From positions 35,092,001 to 35,156,000 of the forward strand of contig OX597819.1 of NCBI GenBank assembly GCA_951406725.2: 64,000 nucleotides of DNA, in the 5' to 3' direction. The first letter of the stretch is position 1, and each line of letters opens with the position of its first letter. This DNA comes from Octopus vulgaris (taxonomy: Eukaryota). Positions 40,601 through 53,000 of the stretch are shown here, piece by piece. Below the pieces are notes generated by a model, which saw only the letters and a list, made by a program, of their open reading frames with translations, searched no databases and was not told the DNA's origin. Position numbers and translations under genes: made by a program.

Positions 40601-43600
40601 TGTTCATAGAGCATTGAGCAACAATCATGATGTCAGTATTTTGATACCTGCTGAGAAATCATCATGATACAAGTAACTCTCTTCCAATATTCAGATGGCT
40701 TCCACTTCTCCATGTCAGCTAACATTTTCTCAATTGCACCTTTAATCCTTATGCTCTCCGGTGCCATTAACTGTTCGCCAATACATCAAGCTGTTCCTGA
40801 AGAAAGGAAACCTAAAACATTGTTAAATTTATCCCAAATACCCTATGTGTGCCTGTGTGAGTGCATGTGTATGTGTACATACATATCATCATCATTGACA
40901 TACATATATATATATACATGTATATGTTTATATATAGATATTTATATATAAATTTCTCATTACAGATGTGTCAACTGTAGGTGTCAAGGACCGCCACATT
41001 CCACTCCTTAAAGAGGTCTTTGATGATTTCCCGTCCCTACCTATCAACATTGATGTAAAGGTTGATGATGATCTACTCATTAAAAAGGTATTTTTTTTTA
41101 ATAAAATAACTCTTATGAGAAATTTATTTGATTTTCTTTTCTTCATATTTTTAGTTTTCTGTTATCAGTATTGTGGATGTTTACAATCTCTCATCATCAT
41201 CATCATTTAATATCCATTATCTATGCTGGTGTGGGTTGGACAGTTTGACCAGGGCTGGCAAGCTGGAAGGCTGCACCAGAGTCCAGTTTCATTTGGCGTA
41301 GTTTCTATGGCAGGATGCCCTTCCTAATGTCAACCACTTGGAGAGTGTAATGGGTGCTTTTACATGCCACCAGCATGACACCAGTACCTTCCACAACTGT
41401 GATTTTACTTTGCTTGATAGATCTTCTTCTCAAGCACGACATAATTCCAAAGGTCTCAGTCATTGCATCCTTGAGGCCCAACACTTGAAAGGATCTCTGC
41501 CACTTTGCTTCTGTGAAGCCCAACGTTCAAAAGGTGCTTTCTATGTGACACCAGCATCGGCCGTGACTATGATTTCATTTGGCTTGATAGGTTTTCTCAA
41601 GTACAGCATATCACCAAGTCTCGGTCACTAGTCATTGCCTCTGTGAGGCCCAAAGTTTGAAGATCATGCTTCAACACCTCGTTCCATGTCTTCCTGGGTC
41701 TACCTCTACCACAGGTTTATATTTATTAACTAAATTATGAGATGCTGTTCCAATGAACTGAATTTCTTTCAAGTTTTTTTAATTTTCATATTCCACACCA
41801 TTTTTTCCCCTCCCCAGTTATTCTCTTCTCAACATTATCCTTCATTAGAGCTATATTACAAAAATATCCTTCACCCCAGTCATTGTTCTTTAAACAGTAT
41901 CCTCCAGTGAGCCTCTATGGATAAAATATTAAGACTAAAAGACTGAAAGTGAAATCTAAATTCTGCACTTATTAAATAAATAAAGCCAAATCAAATGATC
42001 TAAAGTAAGTTATAATTCAATTAAACATTACTATATTAACCTTTGGCATTTAACTCTGTCAAAAGTAATGCTTATTTATTCACATTGTTTTGAAATAATC
42101 ATGCTTTATCTTGTAGCTTTGAGAATTTGAAGAGTAACTGTTAATTTTTAGAATGATATTGTTGGGTTGATGTGACCAGTTTGAACTTAAAGCAAATAGA
42201 GTGTTTTGGCTGGATATGGCCGATTTAAATGTTGAATGGTTAAACCAGCCTAATGTCCAGCCCAAATATTCTACTTGTCTTATGTTCAAAACAGCTAGAT
42301 TCAGCCTCTCATACTCACCCTACAATGTCATTCCAAAAATCAATAATCACGTTGTTGAAATCTCAAAGCTACAAGATAATGCATGATTAATTCAAAACAA
42401 TATGAATAAAGCATTGCATTTGACTAAGTAATCTGAATGCTAAAGGGTTAATTAAATTAATTATTAAAAGATGAGAACACCATAAGTATTTAAATGAAAT
42501 CAAGGAAGGGTCAGCCATAGCAACTGATATTTGTTTCTTAATCATTGTAAAATAATAATGACAAAAAAATCCTCTCATTCTACTTGTGGTATTGTTCAGA
42601 TATATGCCCTTTGAATGGTAATGATAATTACATCTAATCAGATCTTTTTAATTGTAGCTGTAAATAATGACAATTAACTAAAGAACATTATTTTATTAAA
42701 TTTCTTTCATATTATTCAATTTATTAAAAAAATATATAGAACTGCAGTATAGTTATTGTTGAAATATTTCTTACTGTAGGTTTCTGATCTAGTGAAGGAA
42801 TACAATAGAGAAGAAATCACAGTATGGGGAAACAGACAAGAAACTATTAATGGTAAATGCTTCAAATGTGTAAGTATATTGTCTAATTGAGCAATTTTTC
42901 ACTTGGAAAACAAATGAGTACCTTAAATAATAACAATATTATGTACATTTCAGCATACACTCTGTGACTATATGTATGTATGTAATGTATGTATGTAATG
43001 TATGTATGTATGTAATGTATGTATGTATGTATGTATGTATGTATGTGTGTGTGTCTATCTATCTACACACACACAATCTGTATCTGTCTGTCTATGTATG
43101 TGCGTATATATATATATATGTTCAGACATGACCATGTAGTTGAAAAGCCTGCTTCTCAACCACATCATTTCTCAGGCTAGCCAAAACTTTGAGTGGCTTT
43201 GATAGACAGAAACTGAAAGAAATCCATCATGTTTTTGTGCTTGTGTATTATTTACATTTGTACTTCTCCGAAGGTTGCAAGTTACAAGCAGAGAGATGAT
43301 TTGGTGACACTGAAAGACAATCAATATAAAATGCTGGTGGAAATGGACAGTATTGAAAATGTGGGATGGCTAGCAGTTGAAATGGTTTCAAGCACTAGTA
43401 GGGAGCACTTTTGGGTCTGCTGTAGGCAATATGTGCTTTTTGTGGGGTCTGGGAGCGGCAAACGGAAGGGTCGCTAGTGGTTTCAAGTAGTGAGAAAGAT
43501 AAATGATCCCAGAGAGAAAGATAGTGAAATATGCAGTTCTGCTTATATTTAATTACAGTAGCAGAATACTGCAGTTAGACAGGTGATGGAGAAGTCAGTG

Positions 43601-44118
43601 ATAAAGACAGGATAGCTGGTGGGAATGGTTTGAAGAAGGATTCACAATACATTTGTTGTGAATGTAAGTAAATGAATGCATGAGAACTAAGCAATGCAAG
43701 GACTGTTGCCTTAATTTTTGCTAATCAGACTATTGTAATGATGTCATAGAAGTGGTTGATAGAAACTAGATAATAATATCATGAACTAGTTTCTAGGGTT
43801 GCTATAATAAAGAATGGAGTGGTGTATGTGAATGTGATAATGGCAGGGATTTAATTTAATTTAATTATAGACTGAAAATGTTAATATGGTATATATTTGC
43901 TATATTTCAGAATCCTAGAATTCCATTGGTATTTTCATTTCGTCGAGTCCTCATTTTGTTGGCATTATTCTACAGTGGATTATTACCTTTCGTGCCAATA
44001 AAGGAAAGTTTCCTTGAAGTCATAATGCCTAGTATCGTCTTAGAGTAAGTGTTATTACTTTTTTATGGTCTTTTTTCATTTGTTCACTTTTATGAATTAA
44101 GGTTTTTATTTCTCTCAC

Positions 44119-44180
<62 letters not shown>

Positions 44181-44467
44181 TCATCATCATCGTCGTCTAA
44201 CGTCCGCTTTCCATGCTAGCATGGGTTGGACGACTTGACTGAGGTCGGGCGAACCAGATGGCTGCATCAGACTCCAATCTGATCAGGCAGAGTTTCTACA
44301 GCTGGATGCCCTTTCTAATGCCAACCATTCCAAGAATGTAGTGGGTGCTTTTACGTGCCACCGGCATGAGGGCCAGTCAGGCGGTACTGGCAACGGCCAC
44401 ATTCAAATGGTGCTTTTTATGTGCCACCTGCACAGGAGCCAGTCCAGCAGCACTGGCAACGACCTTG

Positions 44468-44515
<48 letters not shown>

Positions 44516-44848
44516 GAAATGAAGAAAATGCTGACAAAATAATTTAAGTAAGGGAGAGTGTATTTAATTAGGTGAAAGTTCTTTTTACCGGTTGCGCATT
44601 TGTTATGCTTATCAAAAGATATTTTTTTAAGAGAGATAGAGTTCCTTTCTGATAGAAAAAAATCTATCAGAAAGGAACTCTATCTCTCTTAAAAAAATAT
44701 CTTTTGATAAGCATAACAAATGTGCAACCAGTAAAAAGAACTTTCACCTAATTAAATACACTCTCCCTTACTTAAATTATTTTGTCAGCATTTTCTTCAT
44801 TTCCTTTTTTTATATATCACAACTCGTATTCCACATCTCCTTTTTTAA

Positions 44849-44879
<31 letters not shown>

Positions 44880-47800
44880 CATTTACATATACATATATAT
44901 GATGGCTGTGTGGTTAAAAAGTTCACTTTGCAACCATGTGATTCTGGGTTCAGTCCCACTGCATAGCACCTAGGATTAGTTGTTGTTTTTGCATCAGAAA
45001 TATCAGTTGTTCTGACAGACTATAGCTGAGCTGGTATAAATTATTACAGTTAAGAAACTAACAAAGGTTTTACCTGCAAGAAATTTATAATTAAATACTC
45101 ATTTATCTCTTAATACTGCTATAATACTTTCCATCAATGCTAAATATTTTCATTTCTCCTGTGTCAATTATGTTTGATAATAAATTGATTTTCCCTATAA
45201 TTTATTGACTAGTGCTAGTGTTATGTCACACTGTTACACTCAATAAATTTGAACAAAAAAAAAAGAAACTAATTTAAATTTTGCCTGTTTGTTTATATAC
45301 ATTTATTTATTTTCTTTAGTGAAAAAAAGTCCCTACTTCAATTCAGCAAGAACAGAAGACTGTTAATACAATTCTGTGACATGTAAGTAAATACTCTCTC
45401 TTTTTTTACTCTTTTACTTGTTTCAGTCATTTGACTGCGGCCATGCTGGAGCACCGCCTTTAATCGAGCAACTTGACCCTGGGACTTATTCTTTTTGTAA
45501 GCCCAGTACTTGTTCTATTGGTCTCTTTTGCCGAACCGCTAAGTAACGAGGACATAAACACACACAGACACACAAACGCATATATATATATATATATATA
45601 TACATATATACCATGGGCTTCTTTCAGTTTCCGTCTACCAAATCCACTCACAAGGCTTTGGTCGGCCCGAGGCTACAGTAGAAGACACTTGCCCAAGGTG
45701 CCACGCAGTAGGACTGAACCCGGAACCATGTGGTTGGTAAACAAGCTACTTACCACACAGCCACTCCTGCGCCTAAATAAATAAATAATACAAATACTAT
45801 ATATTATATTGGTTTCAAATTTTTAGCACAAGGCCAGAAATTTGGCAGAAGGGGTAAATCAATTACATCGATCCCAATGCTCAATTTGTAGTTTATTTTA
45901 TTGACTCTGAGAGGATGAAAGGCAAAGTTGATCTCAGCAGGATTTGAACTCAGAATGTAAAGATGGATGAAATGCTGCCAAGCATTTTGCCTAGTGTGCT
46001 AACAGTTCTGATAGCTTGCCAACTTAATACTATATATTAAATGTGTAACTTGTAACTACATTACATTAAATTATAATAATGTCTATAATATATGTAGAAA
46101 TATAGAATGGCACTAGGTGCCAGAGACCTGTGCATTAAAAACAAGCAAAACTCACTCAGTGTCATCAGTAATCTGTGTGGTTAAGAAGATTGCTTTGCAA
46201 CCATTTAGGTTTCAGGTTCAATTCCATTTAATTGCACCTTTGACAAATGTCTGCTACTGCAGTTTTGAGTTGACCATTCTGGGTGGAATTTGAATGGTGG
46301 AAATTGTGAGGAAGCCTGTCATATATGTATATTTTGATATATATATATGTGTGTGTGTGGTTTTTTAATTAAATATCCATTTTAATATTTTAACTCTTTA
46401 GCATTTGAACTGGTCGTATCCATCCCAAATATTTTATCTGTTTTATGTTCAAACTAATCAGATTCAGCCCCTCACACCCACCTTACAATGTCATTCTAAA
46501 AATATATAATCCCGAAGCTATGAGATGATACGTGGTTAATTCAAAACAATGGAAAAAGATAAATGGAATGTTAAAGGGAAATACTAAATGTAAAATACTA
46601 TATGTAGTTTCAAAACCTAACTTATATTGTACAAATCATTTAAAAATATATCTATGAAATAAGAATATATTTCTGGTTGTAATGCTATCATTGCTCCTTG
46701 CAATCATTTCATATTTCTGTATTATATCATCATTCATCATTTTCTTATGCATTTTTATAGACATGTAATTCTTTTTCCTATTTTTTATCCAGAATTCTTA
46801 TGCGACCACTTTTATTTGAACATTTAGAAAAACGAGGCATTCAGGTAATTTATTTTATTATTTCTCTTTTTATAGTCCATGTAATTGTTGTTGTACATAA
46901 ATCCCTTATCTTGTTAGTGATATTATGTTGAATCCATTTTGGTTCTTTCAGAGCAAAGGTTCAACAAAAAGGACGAGACGGTTTAGAATCAGTTTGTTGT
47001 ACAATTTTGCAGCAATTGACATTAGAGATATACCCCTGTAGTTGGTGACGGGATAAATCGCCTTTTTTGGGTATTGGGATGATTTGAGATTGGTGCCAAA
47101 TCTTTGGAGCTACAAAAGTGGAAAGTGTGTGGTTGCAAAGATTGAGCAAAAGTGCTCAATCTTTGTTGTAGAACTGAAAACGAGGCAATTTCTACTCTTC
47201 TCCTCTGGAAGCCATCTACAAATGATACCAGAGGGCGCACACTCTCCTACCCTGATGTAATCTCCAGGGATACAGGCATCCAGCAACTGGACCTCCGTAA
47301 TGCTATGATGGACCATGAAGTCTGGTGTAGCATGGTAAATTCCATTGTCTCGACTACGGTCGAACAATGATGATGATGATATTATGTTGCTTTAGAGGCC
47401 TTATTTTATGAATTTCATCATGTCATTTCCTTTAGTTGTTATTCTCTAACACCAAATCAGTTCTAATCAGACAGAGCTATGATAATGTTCCTGCTATGAC
47501 TGTTCCATGTTGTTTTGTATATCTTGGATTACATTGTCTAATGTATCTTTCATTATTTAAGATGGTAGGTAATGTAGATTTGACTGCTAAAGCTTGCACG
47601 TCAAGTAACTGTATAGTGGCTTTGTTGTACTTTAGTATGTTTTTAATGATTGATCTCATTCTCTCGTGAGATTTGAATCTCTTCATAGATTTCCTGCAAC
47701 TCTTTCATTCAGCCCAATAAATACCACTGTATACTGTGTGGCTGGCTTATCTATGCTAGTTGTAGATTTATGTGACCACATGGCCACTTAAGGGTTGGAG

Positions 47801-50075
47801 AGATTATTCCTGTTGTTGGGTGATTAGTGCTGATCATTGGTACCTTGGTGGAATATGATCTCAGAATGCAGAGGAGTAGAATACATAACAAGGAAGCTTG
47901 TCAGACACTCTAACAATGCTGCTTGTCCACTCTTTGGACTGGTACTTTATTAATTTACACTGAAAGAATGACAAGCAAAGTTAACCTTGATGGGGTTTGG
48001 ACTCAGTGCAGAAGGCTGAAATAAATACTGCAAGTTATTCTAATGACTTTTGTCAATTCAGTAACAATTTAAAGCAAGTTCAAGTAATGGACTTTAGTTA
48101 AGGATTTTAATCCTTTCCTTTCAATTTAGAAATGAACAGTTCATTCCATACTAAGCAACATGACTAGCAGAGTTATAAGATCAGATTGTGTGTGAAAGGC
48201 TCCTATTTTTAACTGTTTCTAAAAGATATTTTCAGTAATAAAAGTTATTACTGGTTTTAAACTAAGAGAAATACATTAAAAACTTGCAGGATTCTTGAAA
48301 ATAATACCTGTTGTGAATTTTCATTAACTTCTCCTGGCATGTTTTATGTCTAACGATGCATTATTAATGCAAGTTTCTTTTTGACTTTTTTTTCTTTTTA
48401 TGATTGAGATTTATTTCTCCATGCACAAGATAAGAACAAATTACTCAGTTTTAACTAATTCAGTAAAATATTTTTAATTGGTTTTGGGATTAAATTATTC
48501 ACTGGTTTTAAATTATAGAAAGGTATAATAATAATAATAATAATAATGAAATTATTGTATACAGTGCTCAGGTGCACCACAACTTGTCAGAAAGTGCATA
48601 TAAAGTACATGCAGTAATGTAAAAATGTCTGGAAAGCGAACAATGTATGAGTCAGATACATGCCTGTGTGAGTGTGGAGGGGAGAAAATCAGGTGTAGTG
48701 TTGGCGAATCTCAGAAAGCACGGAAGTTTTGAAGGATGCAGTGCTCCGACAACTAACAACTGATGCCGGCAGTTTGTTCCATGCTTCAGCAACTCTCAGT
48801 GTGAAAAAATGTTTCCTGAAGTCATGGGAGCTGTTCTGTTTTCTGACTTTGTAAATATGTCCACGGGTGTTAGATGGGTGGAGTTTGAAAAGGTGCTCAG
48901 AGTTATTGTTTGTATTTAATGAATACCAAATTGAGTTATGCTAGGGATCTTTTAATTAATTGTTGGTTTGTATATTATCATTGATTGTTAGAGATAGGTA
49001 GTAAAATACTGTTGGAATCCCAATGAACTCTGAAACCAGTCCAAGTGACACCTCTATTTCTGTCCATGGTAAAATTGTATAAAAAATGCCAGTTATTCCT
49101 TAATTTACACATGTGATGTTGGCTGAAATCTAGATTTCTTCTGCAGTAATGTAAAGCATGTATATTTTTGTATATGTGAGATTATTTTGTACCTTTACAT
49201 AATCATCATCATCGTTTAACGTCCGTTTTCCGCGCTAGCACAGGTTGGACGGTTTGACTGGGGTCTGGGAAGCCAGGGGCTGCACCAGGCTCCAGTCTGA
49301 TCTGGCAGTGTTTCTACGGCTGGATGCCCTTCCTAACGCCAACCACTCCACAAGTGTAGTGGGTGCTTTTTACGTGCCACCTGCACAGGTGCCAGGGGGG
49401 GGATCTGGCATCGGCCACGATCGGATTGGTGCTTTTAACGTGCCACCGGCACGGAAGCCAGCCAAGGCGGCGCTGGCATCGGTAATATTGTTTGGATTTT
49501 GCACCAGTTAAACGAGGGACTTGGAGGAGCTTCTAAACAATTTTGACTAAACATGATGCACACACAATGTGCATGCAGTCTCAAAAACAGTAAAAAGATT
49601 AATCGTTTCTGAAATATTTAGAGTGGTCATGAGTAAGCTCTGGCCCACAGGACTCTCTGAATGGCATGCCTAATGGAAGCTATCTTTAATTTTTTTAGTA
49701 GTGGCTCACCTGATGATGAACCATGCCTCAGGTGGCACACCTCTTGAAAAAGGCTCCCTATTTCTGATTTAGGGAAATTAAATAATGTTTAAAAGCTCTC
49801 TTTTTACATTTTTCACACATTAAAAGTCATTTATTGTTCTTTTGTATTTGTTTTCTATACATATTTTAAATATTTTCCATACACGTTTTTACTTATTCAA
49901 TTTGTGTGTTCAAATATATATATGTTTTTGTTTACCACAGGTATATCTCTGGGTGTTAAACGACGACGATGAGTTTGCCAAAGGTTTTAAACATGGTGCC
50001 ACTGGAATCATGACAGATTACCCTACAAAACTAGTAGATTTTATAGAGAAAAATCCTCAATTTTTCCAACGATAA
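17046..50075 (+). CDS. GDPD1: Lysophospholipase D GDPD1/GDPD3 (GDE4/GDE7 family), whole spliced gene, 10 coding exons, 314 aa
   Basis: Exons of 124+43+136+46+122+90+134+63+52+135 = 945 nt join in one frame with GT-AG introns. Contains GDPD motifs [42 protein letters not shown] and two hydrophobic segments. Confidence 0.96.
20574..22131 (-). mobile_element. Probable non-autonomous Helitron (another 5'-end relic at ~23590-23769)
   Basis: ACTAGCAGAGATACCAGGCGTTGC end shared with 34346; degenerate TTTTATATA..AT other end. Confidence 0.5.
24470..24703. mobile_element. hAT/Charlie-type MITE (relatives ~16125-16332 and 37046-37836)
   Basis: CAGTGGTTCCCAAC / GTTGAGGGCCACT(A) termini and shared GGACCC internal motifs. 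Confidence 0.6.
25446..25862 (+). mobile_element. Merlin-like MITE, complete copy with internal TTAGGG repeats
   Basis: TIR GGATCTTTTCGGTTTGAACGGCAGTTTT / AAAACTGCCGTTCAAACCGAAAAGATCC; 8-bp TSD CAGGCATG (25438-25445, 25863-25870). Confidence 0.85.
28523..28885 (+). mobile_element. Complete non-autonomous Helitron
   Basis: A^TCTATATATATAAA 5' end, CTAG^T 3' end, subterminal hairpin, no TSD. Confidence 0.8.
29330..29545 (+). mobile_element. tRNA-derived SINE family B (copies ~5276-5404, 27000-27320, 35697-35865, 45810-46022 on -; 62520-62660 on +)
   Basis: AGCTGGCAGAATC..GAGTTCA..GAGGTCGACTTTGCCTTTCATCCTTTC..AAGTACCA core repeated across the window. Confidence 0.8.
30243..30693 (-). mobile_element. 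Merlin-like MITE copy, left TIR tip missing, expanded CCCTAA tract
   Basis: Reverse-orientation copy; CCCTAA/CTAA variants at ~30535-30592. Confidence 0.85.
31386..31605. mobile_element. piggyBac-type MITE (relatives at ~34879-35097, 42040-42447, 46395-46578, 54880-55120)
   Basis: TTAA TSD with C(T/C)CTTTCGTTAC / GTAGCGAAAGGG termini. Confidence 0.7.
31770..31812 (+). CDS. GDPD1: GDPD1 exon 2
   Basis: tag|...(G)[13 protein letters not shown]+CA|gtgagt, 43 nt. Confidence 0.95.
32127..33660 (-). mobile_element. Helitron derivative with Rep/helicase N-terminal coding relic
   Basis: Minus ORF 32879-33106 [33 protein letters not shown]...[14 protein letters not shown] matches the recalled Helitron Cys-rich motif; 3' hairpin CCCGAGCAAGGCTGGG before the terminus. 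Confidence 0.75.
33297..33599 (+). mobile_element. tRNA-derived SINE family C with 13-bp TSD, inserted in the Helitron relic (second copy 29628-29940)
   Basis: Head GGAGGCACATGGCCTAGTGGTTAGAGC..GTTCAAATC; TSD ATAGGTCTTCCTT at 33284-33296 and 33600-33612. Confidence 0.85.
34577..34644. repeat. (CT)n microsatellite; many (TA)n, (TG)n and (TATG)n tracts elsewhere (e.g. 3398-3496, 8968-9006, 22181-22236, 42972-43046, 44137-44177, 44469-44511)
   Basis: Directly visible. Confidence 0.95.
36038..36173 (+). CDS. GDPD1: GDPD1 exon 3
   Basis: cag|(H)[45 protein letters not shown]|gtgagt, 136 nt. Confidence 0.96.
38799..38844 (+). CDS. GDPD1: GDPD1 exon 4
   Basis: cag|[15 protein letters not shown]+A|gtgagt, 46 nt. 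Confidence 0.92.
40100..40760 (-). mobile_element. Tc1/mariner DD37D (maT) transposase relic
   Basis: [10 protein letters not shown]...WL...[13 protein letters not shown], 37 residues between the last two catalytic Asp; internal stop. Confidence 0.85.
40966..41087 (+). CDS. GDPD1: GDPD1 exon 5
   Basis: cag|(N)[40 protein letters not shown]|gtattt, 122 nt. Confidence 0.95.
41191..41716 (-). mobile_element. RTE LINE 3' fragment (further copies ~35408-35659 +, 37165-37628 +, 44178-44468 -, 49202-49482 -, 52030-52480 -, 58352-58650 -, 58910-59713 +, 63325-63812 +)
   Basis: Shared 3' motif GGAAGGGCATCCAGC..CCAACCCATGCTAGCATGGAAA..TTAAAYGATGATG. Confidence 0.8.
42780..42869 (+). CDS. GDPD1: GDPD1 exon 6
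   Basis: tag|[30 protein letters not shown]|gtaagt, 90 nt. Confidence 0.95.
43911..44044 (+). CDS. GDPD1: GDPD1 exon 7
   Basis: cag|[44 protein letters not shown]+GA|gtaagt, 134 nt. Confidence 0.95.
44512..44807. repeat. Near-perfect palindrome, 145-bp arms, 6-nt A loop
   Basis: 44512-44656 is the reverse complement of 44663-44807 with two mismatches. Confidence 0.95.
45320..45382 (+). CDS. GDPD1: GDPD1 exon 8
   Basis: tag|(D)[20 protein letters not shown]+AT|gtaagt, 63 nt. Confidence 0.9.
46793..46844 (+). CDS. GDPD1: GDPD1 exon 9
   Basis: cag|(I)[17 protein letters not shown]|gtaatt, 52 nt. Confidence 0.95.
46931..47376. mobile_element. RTE-like LINE insertion with 5' inversion and 13-bp TSD
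   Basis: TSD TGATATTATGTTG at 46918-46930 and 47377-47389. RT N-terminal piece ([22 protein letters not shown]) on -, C-terminal piece plus (GAT)n tail on +. Confidence 0.85.
48526..48912 (-). mobile_element. CR1-clade LINE 3' end
   Basis: Minus strand reads [49 protein letters not shown]; (ATT)n tail. Confidence 0.85.
49941..50075 (+). CDS. GDPD1: GDPD1 exon 10 (terminal coding part)
   Basis: cag|[44 protein letters not shown]. Confidence 0.96.
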   Translation, partial: VYLWVLNDDDEFAKGFKHGATGIMTDYPTKLVDFIEKNPQFFQR

Positions 50076-53000
50076 ATATTGTGTCAACAGTTTTATTGTG
50101 TGATCAACTAAATTTTGATTTCTACATAGATAGCAAACCATCTTTGTGTTGAAAGTTCTTCACTTACTTCTCTAATTCATTATTACCCAGTGAAATTATT
50201 TTCCTCCTGCTTTCTCCTATTTTCTTACTATTTCTGTTTTCTTCTGAAATTCTCTTTTTCCCCCATCTCTCTCTCTCTCTCTAACACATAACTGCAAATG
50301 AACAGAATCAAAGTCAACAAAAAATCTTTCATAATTAGCTTCTTAGACTCCGTCTTGAGTTGTTGCTAAAACTAATACAAAACTAGTCATTATTATCTAT
50401 ATTTATTTATTATTTTCCCTGTAATATCAATTTAGTCTCTAATCCTTCATCTTCTATCTTACGTACTTAGGTTCTTGATATGTTGTGTGTCAGTGCTATG
50501 AAGATATTGTAAACTGTATACTTGACTTCAAACTCAGACCAAATTTAATAGAATTACATTTTGATGATGATACTACTGCTATCAATGTTATGAACCCTGG
50601 AAAGTTCTGCAAATTCTCCCTTTCTTTTTGTTAATTGTGAAGTTGGTGCTAGAAACAAAATCCCTGACTACAAATATTAAACTATTAATTATGTTTTTTA
50701 AGTGAAATCACAACTGTTTAAATTATTGAATTATTGTAATATAATTTGATTTGAGATAAAAAGAAAAAGAAACACACACGAATGAACAAAATAATTGACT
50801 GGACATTTTTTTCCGCTACATCAGTGTCCATGGACTTTGGTCTAACATTGAGTCTGACTACCACTACTAATACTATTTACAACTCTTATTTCTTTCTGAG
50901 ACACAAATCTCTCATTCTCTGTGTTATTCATGTCAGCTGTCAAGAGTACACTCTCAAGTCAAACTTTCAGATTGGTGGTATATGTATACTCACCTGGCTA
51001 GAAGCAATAAAATATTCCAATTATTCTGATTAAAAAAAAACAAACAAACAAAACAAAAAAACTATCTTCTCTATCTCTCTAAAAACTTCAAACAGCTAAC
51101 ATTTGTTTAACTCTCTTTCAAGTTTTGAACCACTGCAATCTTCATGTGAGAACAGGCTTTTCACATGAAGATCGCAGTAGTATGAAATTTGAGTCATGAA
51201 ATAACTATTTAGTTTAAATAGACAAATAATGTGTGTGTGTGTGTATGTGTGATTCTCTCTTGAAAATATCTATTTAATTTCACCTGAAGCCATTATTTAT
51301 TTTTGATTGATTTCAATACTCAAAATTCTTCTAAAGCTTGTACACTCCAACACTACTGGTGCAGAGACCAAATCATTTTCCATCTTGATCAGACTGAATC
51401 AGAAATTTTCCTCACCTACACATATCTCAGACTCTCCAAGCATCCTCGAACTCTTTCTCTCCTCTAGATTTAGCTTTTCCCTAACTATCTCAATCTTTGC
51501 CCTTATGAGATTCAGTCTCATTAAGGCAACCCATTTTATATCATTCTTGTACACAACAACCCATGCTCATGGTATTTAAGTCAGCTAGCTGGTTGAAACT
51601 CTGCAATTCTCTGCTGATTATTCTAGTAGCAGATGTTTAATCTGTAACCCATGTGTGCAGGTGACCTGTACAGCCCTTTAAATTTGCTCCAATGAGCCGT
51701 TCTTTGAACCACATTCCATTCCACACATGTACTGCTTCATCAACAGATAATTTGAAAATATCCTGTTGAGACAACCCATTCTGTTTCAACAGCTCTAAAA
51801 GTCAATCACTACATATATTGAGTTAAGAGTCTTGTATTACATGCTTCTTCTAATATACTGCTAAAAATCATCAAAGTCATGATAAATGTCAGGCTTGCAA
51901 TCCTCTTGAGGCAATCTCACAATGCTAAAACTGACTGCTTCCCACTGCAATGGTTGGCTATAACTGCTCTAACATAGCATTTCACCTCTTGTTACAACTT
52001 TGTATTATATCTTTCATAAGATTCAGCATCTCGAGATTAGCTTTCATTACATCCTTTATCTTTTTCTACAGGCTCCTTCCAACTAGAATGCTTGAGCCTT
52101 CTTTACCAAACTGTTAGCCTCTATACACATCACAATGTCCTTACCAGCACAGTTTTCTTTCTTGTGCACTACAACTGATTCCTCTAATTCCCATTTCCTC
52201 TCTAAGGATACATGCACTTCATCATTCAGGCCCACTAACATTACACATCTAGCCTTCACATTCATTGCCCATGTCTTGCTATCGTACAACATTACACTTC
52301 ACATATCAACATCATATAATCTGCCTTTCAGTCAATGAGAGAAACCTTTTATTGCCAATGGAGGTAATAATTACCTGAATCTTTTTTCACAATGTCTAAA
52401 ACACCTACCTCCACTGCTGATTAAGTCATCTGGGTAGTAGAGACTATGAACTAAATCTAGTAAACCTCCTGGTTGTCATCTACCTTTGCACTTCTTTTTA
52501 CTATAAACCTACAAACTCTCATTCCTGTTTCAATTTTTCTTCTCTACATCACATTATCATAATTTCTCGAACTCTTCTGCAGTAAAAACTCTAGTTTTTA
52601 AAGCAGATCACACATGTCTGCAGCCTGTCAAAAGAATCTTCCCTGTATCAAGCCCAAGCTATGAACTAGTCAATTGCACTTACACTATGCTTAGTTATCA
52701 GATTATTCCTTTCCTCATCCTCTACCCTGTGACCTACCTACTTCAGAACATTGTTATCAATTTCAGCTTTTTTTCACTTAAACCCCACAATCAATCCAAT
52801 TTTTCTCGAGCCTTTTCTCTTCTCCCTCAAAAGAGATGCAAGTGTATTAGCTTTCTGCTCAGAAGTTCCCTTATTCATAGTCACTCCCAACTTGGATTAT
52901 CCACTTGTTCCAGCCCCCAGTGTTGTGCATGCCTCTTCATCATCTAAATCATACTCCTACTAGACCACAAAATCTACAATCAATATGACTAACCACTTCA

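Noticed and set aside
41088-41095. GTATTTTT donor as a possible U12 intron
   Set aside because: Does not match GTATCCTT and no U12 branch site seen; treated as a weak U2 donor
545-45784. Many ORFs rich in [12 protein letters not shown] or ending ..[10 protein letters not shown]..
   Set aside because: Translations of (TA)n/(CA)n microsatellites and SINE bodies
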